A stretch of 64,000 nucleotides of DNA, taken from positions 32,001-96,000 of the forward strand of contig JBGUGD010000015.1 of assembly GCA_041697335.1 (NCBI GenBank). The letters run 5' to 3'. Positions 18,759 through 28,835 of the stretch are shown one piece after another (positions within the stretch are counted from its first letter, which is position 1; the number at the start of each line of letters is the position of its first letter). Origin of the DNA: Vampirovibrionaceae bacterium NZW_1234. Its GTDB lineage: Bacteria > Cyanobacteriota > Vampirovibrionia > Vampirovibrionales > JAGQHJ01. The notes under the pieces are model-generated. The model made no database searches. It saw nothing but the letters and a program-made list of their open reading frames with translations, and was not told the DNA's origin. The position numbers and the translations under genes are program-made.

Positions 18759-20627
18759 CTAAGATGCATTTGCTAGCGGTTTCTCAGCGGAAGAGTTCTG
18801 ACATTTGGCCCGGTGCACCATTTCGGCAAACTTCTGGACAAGTGTCGGATCCCAAATGGTACCTGCCCCTTCATGTAATATCTTCATCGCATCCTCAATG
18901 GACATAGCCTTGCGATAGGGGCGGTTGGAGGTTAAAGCATGAAAAGCATCGACAATGGAGACAACACGGGCGCCAATCGGAATGTTTTCACCCTTGAGGC
19001 CTTCCGGGTGACCATTGCCATCCCACTGCTCATGATGATATTCCACTAAGGGGACAATGTCTCTGAGGGCAGTAACCGGCTGCAGGATCTGCCGAGCACC
19101 AATCACCGGGTGTTGTTTCATAATTTCTTTTTCTTGCTCAGTTAACGGGCCAGGCTTATTCAGGATGCTTTCAGGAATCCCGATTTTCCCAATGTCATGA
19201 AAAAAGGCAGCCAGGCGAATCTTTTCCACATCAGCCGGAGGCAGTCCAATCGCATGAGACAAGGCAACCGCATAATTAGCAACAGACTGGGAATGACCAC
19301 GAGTATATTTGTCCTTGGCATCCATGGCACCAGCAAGCGAAGCCACCGTTTCCAGCATCAGACTCTCAGTTGTAGCTTGAGGCGACGTGCCGCCTACACG
19401 ACGCAGAAGAATGTCAAATAACTCAGAGCCGGTTTCCCCATATTGTTTGGCGATGCGATCCGTAAACACCTCTAGACGCTCCTGATCCGAAGCCATCTGC
19501 AACTCGGAGCCCAAAATAACAGAGGAGGCCGATGTTCGATCACTGTGGTGCTTACCAAAATGGAGGGCATTTTCAACCAATTGAATCATATCTTCTACTT
19601 CCTGAGAGTCTTCAGGGTAGCAGGCAATGCCAATGCTGATGGAAAAAGGCTTGATCTGCTTTTGAGGCGCATTAATCGACTGAACAATGCGATTCGCCAC
19701 ATCCAAGGCACCTTGGCTATCGCTTTCTGGCAAAATCACAGCAATCTCATCACTGCCATAACGAGCTACTGTGTCAATCCCGCGAACTTCATGCTTGACC
19801 ATAGAAGCAAGGCGGGCAATAGCCCGATCGCCCATTTGGTGGCTGTAGTGCTCGTTGTAAGTTTTCAGATTGTTGATGTCAATTAAAAGCAGGCTCAACG
19901 GGAAGCCTTCGCAGGCTGCCCGACGCACTTCCTTCTTCAGTACCTGATGAAAGGAACTATGCGTAATCAATCCGGTCAGGTTATCCAATTGCGGTTGGTT
20001 CTGGAGTCGTTCCTGAAGAATCAAATTCCATACCACATGGGCCAGATGATCCCGCAGCAGATACACATAAGACAGCTTAGCCTGAGAGAAACTGTCCAGT
20101 GCATCGAAGCCTAGAGTAATAACAGCAATGGTTCGATTACCTGCAATAAGGGGAATACTAAATATATTGTATTTCTCTCGGGCTGGATCCTCTACAAAAG
20201 GTGCCACCTCACGTCCCAGGTCAAAGGCACGGTTGGTGAATGTGGTATCACAACGAGTCACCGTTTTAATCAAGTGGTTTTCTCTATCGCACAAGGGAAT
20301 AAACTCACCTTGCAAGGGGCGATCGGCACTGGGCCAAATGAAGCGAAGGCGCAATAATTCAGCTGTTTCATCCACCACGGAAAACATGATAAATTCGGGC
20401 TCAGAACTGGTTCTGAGACGTTTCATCAGGAAATACCAAATATCCTCTAGGCTACTCGCAGAAATGATCAGCTTTTTAACATCTTCATCCGGCGACAGAG
20501 CCTTTAATCGATTGTGCCGTCCGGGCTCACGTCCAAATTCGTGGCCTTCAGACCGGATTAACTCATTGGTAATGGTATCCAACCAATTCGAAGTTTGCAC
20601 CCGAACATTCTGAATCAACCGCTTCAC
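18759..20627 (-). CDS. GAF + GGDEF-like + HD-GYP cyclic-di-GMP protein
   Basis: DNLTGL, RYGSDEI, FHDIGK, HHEQWDGNGHP. Confidence 0.9.
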   Translation of the reverse strand: MKRLIQNVRVQTSNWLDTITNELIRSEGHEFGREPGRHNRLKALSPDEDVKKLIISASSLEDIWYFLMKRLRTSSEPEFIMFSVVDETAELLRLRFIWPSADRPLQGEFIPLCDRENHLIKTVTRCDTTFTNRAFDLGREVAPFVEDPAREKYNIFSIPLIAGNRTIAVITLGFDALDSFSQAKLSYVYLLRDHLAHVVWNLILQERLQNQPQLDNLTGLITHSSFHQVLKKEVRRAACEGFPLSLLLIDINNLKTYNEHYSHQMGDRAIARLASMVKHEVRGIDTVARYGSDEIAVILPESDSQGALDVANRIVQSINAPQKQIKPFSISIGIACYPEDSQEVEDMIQLVENALHFGKHHSDRTSASSVILGSELQMASDQERLEVFTDRIAKQYGETGSELFDILLRRVGGTSPQATTESLMLETVASLAGAMDAKDKYTRGHSQSVANYAVALSHAIGLPPADVEKIRLAAFFHDIGKIGIPESILNKPGPLTEQEKEIMKQHPVIGARQILQPVTALRDIVPLVEYHHEQWDGNGHPEGLKGENIPIGARVVSIVDAFHALTSNRPYRKAMSIEDAMKILHEGAGTIWDPTLVQKFAEMVHRAKCQNSSAEKPLANAS

Positions 20628-20728
20628 ACGCTGCTCCCGATGAACTTACATCGTACGCCACTCTTCTTATGATCATAGCACGGCTTTACGAAATGGATGG
20701 GCCCGTGTTCAGGCCTCTTACACAAGCG

Positions 20729-21910
20729 TTACTCTGCGTGGAAGGGACGCCAAATCCCGCCGCCACAAACTGGATGACGAGCCCCCGTACAGGAGGGCAC
20801 CGTATTGGGCAATCCCATCTTTCGCGCGTATCCCAACATTGCAAAGGCAATTGCCTCTTTATATTTGCTATCCAGACCCACGGCCTCTAAAGTTTTCACA
20901 ACAATACCAGGAGACTCCAGACGCTGCTGAAGGCGAGACATCAACGTTGGATTCAACGCGCCTCCACCCGCAACAAAAACTTCCTTTACTGGCATCTGAG
21001 GCAATATAAAACGTTCATATGCCTGGGCTACGGTTTCAACCGTTAATTGAGTTGCGGTAGAGACAAGGCTTTCAGGTGACACGGAGGCTCGCCATTGCTG
21101 GAGTACCTGCTCGGCATAAGCCCGCCCGAAACGTTCACGCCCCGTAGATTTGGGGGGCCTTTGGGCATAATACTCATCTGCCAGCAAAGCCTGCAACATC
21201 GGCCCGTGGACCTCACCGGATTGGGCAACCAAGCCATCAGCATCATAGGGTTGCTGATAGAGAATCTCCATGAACGCATCCATCAGCATATTGCCAGGCC
21301 CTGTATCAAAGGCCAAGGGCATATGCCCTCCATCCGCCAGAGCAGGCAGAGCGGTTAAGTTCGCAATTCCGCCTATATTCTGAAGCGCTCGGGGATGATG
21401 CTCGTCCTGAAATAGCATGAGATCAGCAAAAGGCACTAAAGGAGCACCATGACCGCCTGCAGCCATATCTGTTGGACGAAAATCCGCCACTACTTCCAAT
21501 CCGGTCATCTCGGCAATCATTGCCGGATGTCCAATTTGAAGGGTACTACCCAGATGTGTTGCACTGGGTGGAATATGATAGATGGTCTGCCCGTGAGAAG
21601 CAATCAGATCCGTGCGAATCCCCTGCTGTTCCAGCTTCAGCATCAACTTTAAAGCAGCCTGACCAAACATGGCTCCCACTTCCGCATTCAGCCGGCAAAC
21701 ATCCGCCAAAGCAACCATGGGCTTAGACATAAGCGCCAGTAAGGCTTCCCTCATCGGACCTGGGATGTCAAATGTTTCTGTTCCCAGAACCTTGAACTCG
21801 GCCAACCGAAGGGGGTTTACATCAAAAGACACCCGAATACTTGCAGCATCAATACTGTCAACCGAGGTGCCCGACATTAGTCCGATTACATGAAGCGGTT
21901 GCGTCTGCAT
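20729..21910 (-). CDS. anmK: Anhydro-N-acetylmuramic acid kinase
   Basis: GLMSGTS.D, HGQT, GGHGAPLVP, NIGGIAN, DTGPGN, KSTGRE, KEAIAFA. Confidence 0.96.
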   Translation of the reverse strand: MQTQPLHVIGLMSGTSVDSIDAASIRVSFDVNPLRLAEFKVLGTETFDIPGPMREALLALMSKPMVALADVCRLNAEVGAMFGQAALKLMLKLEQQGIRTDLIASHGQTIYHIPPSATHLGSTLQIGHPAMIAEMTGLEVVADFRPTDMAAGGHGAPLVPFADLMLFQDEHHPRALQNIGGIANLTALPALADGGHMPLAFDTGPGNMLMDAFMEILYQQPYDADGLVAQSGEVHGPMLQALLADEYYAQRPPKSTGRERFGRAYAEQVLQQWRASVSPESLVSTATQLTVETVAQAYERFILPQMPVKEVFVAGGGALNPTLMSRLQQRLESPGIVVKTLEAVGLDSKYKEAIAFAMLGYARKMGLPNTVPSCTGARHPVCGGGIWRPFHAE

Positions 21911-21916
21911 ATTAGG

Positions 21917-22441
21917 CTAGGACCGGCTTGATTCGGAAGGCTTAGGAGCAAAGGTACAGCTCGGATGAATCGCAAGCCATTCCAGTTTCCGAAGGAAGCG
22001 AATAAGCGCATTCTCTTTGTGTTTGGACAGCGACTCAACCAAAATGGTTTTTGATCCTAATCGATGCCCACCCCAGATATCAGTCAAAGGCCGATCGCCC
22101 ACAATGGCCACTTCATGCGGATCCATACCCAAGATTTCCACCGCCCGGTACAATTGTTTGCGGCGAGGTTTACCTGCGTTTCCAATGACCGGCATATTCA
22201 CCACTTTTTCTGCTTCGCGCGTATACATGGCCCTGGGATTGTTGCTGACCACAATGGAGCGAAACCCCATCTTGTCAATGCGCTTAAGCCAACCTGCAAC
22301 CTTATCATCCAATACTCCCGTATTCGGAGCCATAATGGTATTATCCAGGTCGAAAATAAACCCACGAACCCCTTGTTCCCAAAGTGCTACCAGATCAATA
22401 TCCACAACGTGTTCTACCACGTAGGTCGGTTTAAGCCACAA
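21917..22441 (-). CDS. YqeG-family HAD IIIA phosphatase
   Basis: FDLDNT, VSNN, GKP, VGDRPLTD. Confidence 0.9.
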   Translation of the reverse strand: MWLKPTYVVEHVVDIDLVALWEQGVRGFIFDLDNTIMAPNTGVLDDKVAGWLKRIDKMGFRSIVVSNNPRAMYTREAEKVVNMPVIGNAGKPRRKQLYRAVEILGMDPHEVAIVGDRPLTDIWGGHRLGSKTILVESLSKHKENALIRFLRKLEWLAIHPSCTFAPKPSESSRS

Positions 22442-23711
22442 CGGGACTGCGCTCCTTTCTTCGAATCAAAGACCACCGAAGTGATTCGGGATTCACCCCA
22501 GCAGGAGGCTGCACCCATACCCACTGGTTCGGTTGAATACATTGGGTCTTAAACCCCTGTTCATCAACAGCTTCGGTTAAAACAACATCATAACATCCAT
22601 CGGGTGTCATCCAGACCAAAGCATCTTCCAGAGAAAACCGATTACGGCCCTGGATACGTATTTGACCATCGGCATTAAGCTCCCCGTCCGTACTGGCGAC
22701 AAAAACCGCTTGCGCCTGACTTTGAGAGCTTTGATAGTGATAAGCCTGATTCGTAGGCTTACCGTGAAGAAAGCCCTCGGTAAAACCGCGGTTGGCTGTA
22801 TCGGCTAACTCAGACTCCCAACGGGCAATCTGCTCAGGCAGGACTCGTCCGTCATTGGCACAGAAGGCATCAATTGCCTCACGGTATACTCGACCAACAG
22901 TCGCCACGTAATGGACCCCTTTGGTTCGGCCTTCGGCCTTAAACGAACAGATCCCGGCCTGCATCAGCTCAGGCAAAAAACGAACCAAACAGAGATCTTT
23001 GGAATTGAGCATATAGGTGCCCCGCTCGTCTTCAACCAAGGTATAGGTTTCATCAGGACGATTCTTTTCGACAACGTCAAACTCCCAACGGCAACTGTTG
23101 CCACACATACCCTTATTGGAGTTTTTGGTATTGTCGGTCAAATAATCGCTGATAACGCATCGTCCCGAATAGGCCACACATAACGACCCATGCACGAAGC
23201 ATTCCAGCTCCAGATCCGGCAATTTTTCGTGAATTTCAGCCATTTCTCGAACGGGCACTTCCCGAGCCAAAATCACACGCTCCGCCCCAGCATCCTGCCA
23301 AAATGCACATGCGCTGACGTTCAGCACATTCGCCTGGGTGCTCACATGAATGGGAACATGAGGAGCATGGATTCGAGCCAGCCGAAAAATGCCAGGGTCG
23401 CTAATAATCAACGCATCTGGGCGAATAGATTCAAGCTGCTCCAGATGAGGCACGACACGGTCTAAATCACGGTTATTTGCAAAAATATTCAACGTAACAT
23501 AAGCTTTGACGCTTCGCTCTTGGCAATAGCGAACCCATGTGGATAAATTTTGTGGCGTAAATTGTTCGCCTTTGGATGGCGTTCGTAAGCTGGCCATCGG
23601 CAACCCAAGATACACAGCATCAGCGCCATAGGCTACCGCATATTGTAATTTTTCCGGGTCTCCGGCGGGCAGAAGCAGTTCCGGTTTCATCATCTTTGAC
23701 AGGACACTCAT
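22431..23711 (-). CDS. Peptidase U32 family protein (TrhP/YegQ-like)
   Basis: PELLLPAG, GADAVY, HVSTQ, CVAYSGRC, C...CRW, KAEGR. Confidence 0.92.
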   Translation of the reverse strand: MSVLSKMMKPELLLPAGDPEKLQYAVAYGADAVYLGLPMASLRTPSKGEQFTPQNLSTWVRYCQERSVKAYVTLNIFANNRDLDRVVPHLEQLESIRPDALIISDPGIFRLARIHAPHVPIHVSTQANVLNVSACAFWQDAGAERVILAREVPVREMAEIHEKLPDLELECFVHGSLCVAYSGRCVISDYLTDNTKNSNKGMCGNSCRWEFDVVEKNRPDETYTLVEDERGTYMLNSKDLCLVRFLPELMQAGICSFKAEGRTKGVHYVATVGRVYREAIDAFCANDGRVLPEQIARWESELADTANRGFTEGFLHGKPTNQAYHYQSSQSQAQAVFVASTDGELNADGQIRIQGRNRFSLEDALVWMTPDGCYDVVLTEAVDEQGFKTQCIQPNQWVWVQPPAGVNPESLRWSLIRRKERSPVVA

Positions 23712-23775
23712 TACACTTTTGCTTAGCTTTCTTCTAAAATAAATTTTAGCTCAGAGACAGGTTCGAGAATACTGT

Positions 23776-24489
23776 ATGGTGAAACCCAACCTTGCCCCCA
23801 AAACCCAAACAGCAGGGTTTATGATTTTTAGCAGCTTAATGCTGCTCATTTTAAGTGCTGTGGTGCTAGGCCTTTTCCTGAACCACTTACAAATCCAAGA
23901 AGAAGCCGAGATGGCACCAACACGACGCATTCAGGACTTGGTATCGCTTCTCAAGCAGGCTGAGAGCCGCAGGGATAGCCTGGAAAAAGAAGTCGCCGAA
24001 CTTCGCCGGAAAGCCGTCAGTTCTGAGAACCCTGCCCAGGCCCAAGATCCAGAACTCAAGAAGCTCTATGAAATTGCCGGCTTCACCCCTGTCAGTGGCG
24101 CAGGTATTACCATTACGTTGCAGGACAGCAAGGAACCTGTCCAAAATGATGCCCATGCTGATCCCAATGCTGGAAAACTTCAAGCAGAAGACCTTCTAAA
24201 GCTTATTAATGAGCTAAAAGCGGCAGGCGCCAAAGCGCTAGCTATTAACGATCAGCGGATTATTGTGACAACAGAAGTTGTCCCAGCCGGACAAACCATT
24301 TCCGTCAACCAGACGCACCTCTCGCAACCGGTCGTGGTCAAAGCCATCGGCGACCCGGACGTCCTATATAACGCGTTGAAAATCCGAGGGGGCGTCATGG
24401 AATACCTGGACTTTTTCAATATCAAGGTCACCATGGCCAAAAAAGAGGATGTGACCGTGCCCGCATATAAAGGCACCTTTGCCCACTAA
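23776..24489 (+). CDS. DUF881 family membrane-anchored protein
   Basis: N-terminal TM, coiled coil, AG.TPVSG.G..ITLQD, INEL.AAGA.A.AIN.QR. Confidence 0.88.
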   Translation: MVKPNLAPKTQTAGFMIFSSLMLLILSAVVLGLFLNHLQIQEEAEMAPTRRIQDLVSLLKQAESRRDSLEKEVAELRRKAVSSENPAQAQDPELKKLYEIAGFTPVSGAGITITLQDSKEPVQNDAHADPNAGKLQAEDLLKLINELKAAGAKALAINDQRIIVTTEVVPAGQTISVNQTHLSQPVVVKAIGDPDVLYNALKIRGGVMEYLDFFNIKVTMAKKEDVTVPAYKGTFAH

Positions 24490-25646
24490 GCCGACTTACT
24501 ATCCGGTGAGGAGGATGGCCAAAGGTCGTTGAAGGGCAGGTCAGTCATTGCGCCCAAAGCCCCTATGGGACTCGGGCTCAGCACCTGAGAAAACCAAGCG
24601 GCTACTCGTTGCCCAAAGGCCTCAAGAGAATAAACCTCTTGAACATGATGCCGGCATGTCTGCCTGTCAATACTGCCCACGAGCAAAAGCGAAGAGACCA
24701 GAGCCGCAACGTTATTTTCAACAATCCAACCCGTTTTCCCATCAACAACCATCTCAGCTGCCGAGCTATCGTTATAGGCAATCACAGGCACCCCACATGC
24801 CAATGCCTCCAGAACGACCATACCAAAAGCCTCAGCCTTGGCGGAAGTCATTAACAAGCCCTTGGCGTGCTTTAAGTAGGCCTGAAGTTGTTCTGTCGGA
24901 AAGCTTCCCTGATAGGAAATCGGCGCCCCAGTATAATGTCGGCATAGTTCACGCCAATAGGCCTCATCTTCAATCAGGCCGAAAATTCTCAGAGGTGTCC
25001 TGGTCATCGCAGACACAGCAATAGCATCTTCTAGCCCTTTCCCTGGCATAATTCTTCCCAACCAAGCCAACCAGTCTTCACCCTTAGGCGAAAACTCATA
25101 TTTCGAACTATCCAAGCCCATACCCAGAATCGGACAATTTGAGATACTTTGGTAACTCTGAACCAAAGATCGGCTTAGAAACCCCACTGTACCCGGGTAA
25201 GCTTCAGCCGTCTGTAAAACAACTTTCGTCATATGAGATGTTTGCGCGCTTAGGCTTATCAGATGCGCCACAGGCAAGGACAAGAAGGGGGTCAGGTAAA
25301 AAGGCAACCAATCATACGAAAGATTTAACACAAGGTCATAGTGTTTTTGCAACTGCTGAAGACGACGGCACATGTTGGCTAAAACTGAATCCACAGGGAT
25401 TTGGACACAATCTTGACTCTCTTGTGCGAGAGCTTTTGGCTGAAGATGCCCTGGCACTTCATATACATGAATCCCCGGCAAAGAAGAGCCTTCAGGGGCA
25501 ACCACATCCAATGTAAAGCCTTGTGCCAAACACACCTGGTGTAATGTTCGAAGCATCAGGGCCATTCCCGCAACCGGTCGCCCTCCTAAAACAGCCACAG
25601 GAGGTGCTAACACCACAATCCGTAACGCTTTTGATGCGGGTTTCAT
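24486..25646 (-). CDS. Glycosyltransferase family 4
   Basis: LGRIMPGKG, EAFGMVVLEALACGVPV. Confidence 0.9.
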   Translation of the reverse strand: MKPASKALRIVVLAPPVAVLGGRPVAGMALMLRTLHQVCLAQGFTLDVVAPEGSSLPGIHVYEVPGHLQPKALAQESQDCVQIPVDSVLANMCRRLQQLQKHYDLVLNLSYDWLPFYLTPFLSLPVAHLISLSAQTSHMTKVVLQTAEAYPGTVGFLSRSLVQSYQSISNCPILGMGLDSSKYEFSPKGEDWLAWLGRIMPGKGLEDAIAVSAMTRTPLRIFGLIEDEAYWRELCRHYTGAPISYQGSFPTEQLQAYLKHAKGLLMTSAKAEAFGMVVLEALACGVPVIAYNDSSAAEMVVDGKTGWIVENNVAALVSSLLLVGSIDRQTCRHHVQEVYSLEAFGQRVAAWFSQVLSPSPIGALGAMTDLPFNDLWPSSSPDSKSA

Positions 25647-25939
25647 AGCATTAATACAGTTAAAATTTGACCCATATCCATACTCCAGTTATCGGCCGTC
25701 ACACAGGTAACTTCAGTAACTTAAAAAAAATCCCGACAAACCTCTCTTCTTTACTAGCTTTGAAAAGAATTAGAGACCAAATCGCCCAAAAGAGGCATAT
25801 TTTTTCTGTCCGAATCAGCAATACTATGCCTATACAGGAGCTGCGTGGTACGTTGCCACGGCCGAATGCTCTATGGGTTTTGGTGTAGTGATGGATAGAC
25901 AATCAAGAGCTTTAGAGGCTCTGGTTAAGGAATGTATCA

Positions 25940-26239
25940 ATGAGCCAGGATGAGTCGCAATCACTGGATTACTTACAACAGATCCGCATCATTGAAGCTT
26001 ACTCGGCTGACGATCCCAGTAGCATCAACAAACTTTATTTTCAGGAAATGGTTTTGGAATCGCTGAGTCCCGAGGAACGTGACGCTTATATGCGCTTTCT
26101 TTTGGAGCCTCGGCCGAGAAGCTTAGAAGAAGCCTCTCGCCGTGAGAAATTCGGCAGTGGCATCCCACCTTGGGCTTCCTGGCTTAGACGGCTCAGTCAA
26201 AAACTCCGGGGAACAACACAACCTGAAGCACAACACTAA
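25940..26239 (+). CDS. Hypothetical protein
   Basis: 99-aa ORF with AAGGA RBS filling the gap. Confidence 0.65.
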   Translation: MSQDESQSLDYLQQIRIIEAYSADDPSSINKLYFQEMVLESLSPEERDAYMRFLLEPRPRSLEEASRREKFGSGIPPWASWLRRLSQKLRGTTQPEAQH

Positions 26240-26240
26240 G

Positions 26241-26282
26241 CACAACAAAGGCTCCTCTAGAATCCAGAGAGAGCCTGTTGTG
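26241..26282. terminator. Imperfect hairpin downstream of rpsG
   Basis: CACAACAAAGGCTC...GAGCCTGTTGTG between convergent genes. Confidence 0.5.
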
Positions 26283-26309
26283 AGGATATTTACTGGAAAG
26301 ATGGAAAAA

Positions 26310-26783
26310 TTAATAGCGATAGTGAGCAAATGCCTTGTTGGCCTCGGCCATCTTGTGAGTATCATCTTTCTTCTTAATGGCGGAGCCTTCACCCCGGTAG
26401 GCCGATAAGAGTTCTTCAGCCAACTTCTCAGCCATAGAACGGCTGGAACGGGTTTGGGCAAATTTGATGATCCACTTGGACGCCAGTGCAGAACCACGAT
26501 CCGGACGCACTTCCACAGGAACCTGATATGTGGAACCACCGACCCGGCGGGCTTTTACTTCTACGAGGGGAGTTACCCGTTTCAAGGCTTTGTGAAACAC
26601 CTCAACGGGCTTTTCATCTTTCACACGTTCGCCGATGACATCCAACGCATTGTAAAAGATCCGCTCAGCCACACTTTTTTTACCACGCTGCATTAAGCGG
26701 TTAATAAATTTGGCCACTTCAACATCGTTAAACACGGAATCCGGGCTGGGAACACGTTTGGCTGGCTTATAACGACGAGGCAT
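26310..26783 (-). CDS. rpsG: 30S ribosomal protein S7
   Basis: [35 protein letters not shown]. Confidence 0.98.
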   Translation of the reverse strand: MPRRYKPAKRVPSPDSVFNDVEVAKFINRLMQRGKKSVAERIFYNALDVIGERVKDEKPVEVFHKALKRVTPLVEVKARRVGGSTYQVPVEVRPDRGSALASKWIIKFAQTRSSRSMAEKLAEELLSAYRGEGSAIKKKDDTHKMAEANKAFAHYRY

Positions 26784-26842
26784 AAATGAATAAACTCCTT
26801 TTTAAGTCCTGTTAAATCTGGAACACCCGAGGGGGGATAAGC

Positions 26843-27235
26843 TTATTTCTTACCGGCAGCAGCAGCTTCACCTTTTTTGGTGCCATACTTACTACGGCCT
26901 TGTTTGCGGTTTTTTACGCCCGCTGTATCTAAGGCACCCCGGATAATGTGGTAACGAACCCCCGGAAGATCTTTTACCCGGCCGCCACGAATCATGACAA
27001 CAGAGTGCTCTTGAAGGTTGTGGCCTTCCCCTGGAATGTATGCCGTTACTTCATAACCATTGGTCAAACGGACACGAGCCACCTTACGCAAGGCCGAGTT
27101 CGGTTTTTTAGGGGTGGTGGTATACACACGGGTGCATACCCCACGTTTTTGAGGATTCGCCATTAAGGCAGGGGACTTGGTTTTGTCCAAAATCTTTTTC
27201 CGTTCTTTACGAACCAATTGCGAAATGGTTGGCAA
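26843..27235 (-). CDS. rpsL: 30S ribosomal protein S12 (TTG start)
   Basis: [31 protein letters not shown]. Confidence 0.98.
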   Translation of the reverse strand: MPTISQLVRKERKKILDKTKSPALMANPQKRGVCTRVYTTTPKKPNSALRKVARVRLTNGYEVTAYIPGEGHNLQEHSVVMIRGGRVKDLPGVRYHIIRGALDTAGVKNRKQGRSKYGTKKGEAAAAGKK

Positions 27236-27559
27236 GGGGGAATCTCCTTAGTTCCTTTAATTCCTACGTATGGTAGTTAAGATTAGCTGAAACAAAGACG
27301 CACTGTCAACAGCGTGCACATGTCTCACCTGAGCCACGTTCCCGGCGAGTACGACAAATATGGCACAAACAACGCGCTGCGTCAAAATTCGAGTTTTTAC
27401 AGACGAGTCAAACCATGGGCCGATGGGGTCTACATTCGCTCAAATAAGCCATACAGGCAGACTAGCGACAGAAATATATGTGTGGTACCGTAAGGCGATG
27501 CCTCTATAGAAAAGGCCGTGTTTTCACTTACCCCGCAATCTAAGGAGATCCTTCCCATC

Positions 27560-28036
27560 ATGATTACAAAAGACAAAGTAGTTGCCATGACCTATATCCT
27601 CAAGGATGAAGACGGCAACATCCTCGATGAGTCCGGCAATGAATCCTTTGAGTTTCTGCAAGGTCATCAGAACATTATTCCCGGCCTTGAAAAAGCATTG
27701 AACGGATTAAACCCCGGTGATCGTAAAAACGTGGAAGTCTCTCCCGATGAAGCCTATGGCGAGTACGACCCGGAACTTCGCTTTTCCATCGAAAAACAAC
27801 AATTTGGTGGCCAGTCTCCTGAAAGCGGGATGATGATTCAGTTGACCTCTCCCCAAGGTCAACCCTTCGTGGCCTCTGTTGTGGAAGTCGATGATAAACT
27901 GGTTCACTTGGATGCAAACCATCCTTTGGCCGGTAAAAAACTGCATTTTGCTGTGGAAATTGTCAACGTCCGTGATGCGTCAGAAGAAGAACTGGCCCAT
28001 GGCCATGTCCACGGACCTCACGGTCATCATCACTAA
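27560..28036 (+). CDS. slyD: FKBP-type peptidyl-prolyl isomerase SlyD
   Basis: IIPGLE, AYGE, DANHPLAGK, His-rich tail; AAGGAG RBS before ATG 27560. Confidence 0.93.
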   Translation: MITKDKVVAMTYILKDEDGNILDESGNESFEFLQGHQNIIPGLEKALNGLNPGDRKNVEVSPDEAYGEYDPELRFSIEKQQFGGQSPESGMMIQLTSPQGQPFVASVVEVDDKLVHLDANHPLAGKKLHFAVEIVNVRDASEEELAHGHVHGPHGHHH

Positions 28037-28056
28037 ATCCTGGCACGAATATTTAC

Positions 28057-28095
28057 TTTTAAGGCCCTGGTATCAACAATACCAGGGCCTTAAAA
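28057..28095. terminator. Strong hairpin between convergent slyD and rpaA
   Basis: TTTTAAGGCCCTGGTAT-CAACA-ATACCAGGGCCTTAAAA. Confidence 0.65.
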
Positions 28096-28128
28096 TTGAA
28101 GTTCGGAGAATATGTTTCTGAACGAATG

Positions 28129-28833
28129 CTATTGAATCCCTTCCGGATGGAGCCGGTAACCGCCTCCATAAATAGTTTCAATAAATTTCTTGTCCGGAGA
28201 TGCTTTCTCAAGTTTCGAACGCAGGTGACGCACGTGAACACGAATGGTTTCAACGTCATCATCCGGCGAATAGCCCCAAACATCTTGCAAAAGCTTACCC
28301 AGGGAAATTGCCTGGCCGTGATTTTGGACTAAACAATTCAGGATTTCGAATTCCGTGGGAGTCAGCTTGGTCTTTTTATCATTGATTTTCACTTCCAGAT
28401 TCTCTGGAATCAACGTGATATCACCAATGGAAAGAATCTCGGTGACCGCAGCCTGAGGAGCTGCACTGTAGCGCCGCAACAAAGCCCTAACTCGGACCAT
28501 CAATTCAGGGATCTCAAAGGGTTTTACCAGGTAATCATCTGCCCCGGCATCAAAACCCTTAATTTTATCATCCACGACACCCAACGCAGTCAACATCAAC
28601 ACCGGGATCTCAGCGATATCCGGATTCTTACGAATACGTTGACAGACAGTAAAGCCATCGACACCCGGCATCATGACATCCAAAATTGCCAATTGAGGGC
28701 GGTGCTGTTGAACCAAGGCGTACCCGGTTTCGCCATCGGGAGCAGAAATAACGGTATGGCCCAACATTTCAAGGTTAATTCTGACTAACTCCAAAATAGA
28801 CGGATCATCGTCTACGATTACAACGGTCGACAT
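28129..28833 (-). CDS. rpaA: OmpR-family response regulator, RpaA-like
   Basis: VDGFTVCQR, VWGY.PDDDVETIRVHVRHLRSKLE closely match cyanobacterial RpaA as recalled. Confidence 0.8.
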   Translation of the reverse strand: MSTVVIVDDDPSILELVRINLEMLGHTVISAPDGETGYALVQQHRPQLAILDVMMPGVDGFTVCQRIRKNPDIAEIPVLMLTALGVVDDKIKGFDAGADDYLVKPFEIPELMVRVRALLRRYSAAPQAAVTEILSIGDITLIPENLEVKINDKKTKLTPTEFEILNCLVQNHGQAISLGKLLQDVWGYSPDDDVETIRVHVRHLRSKLEKASPDKKFIETIYGGGYRLHPEGIQ

Positions 28834-28835
28834 TA

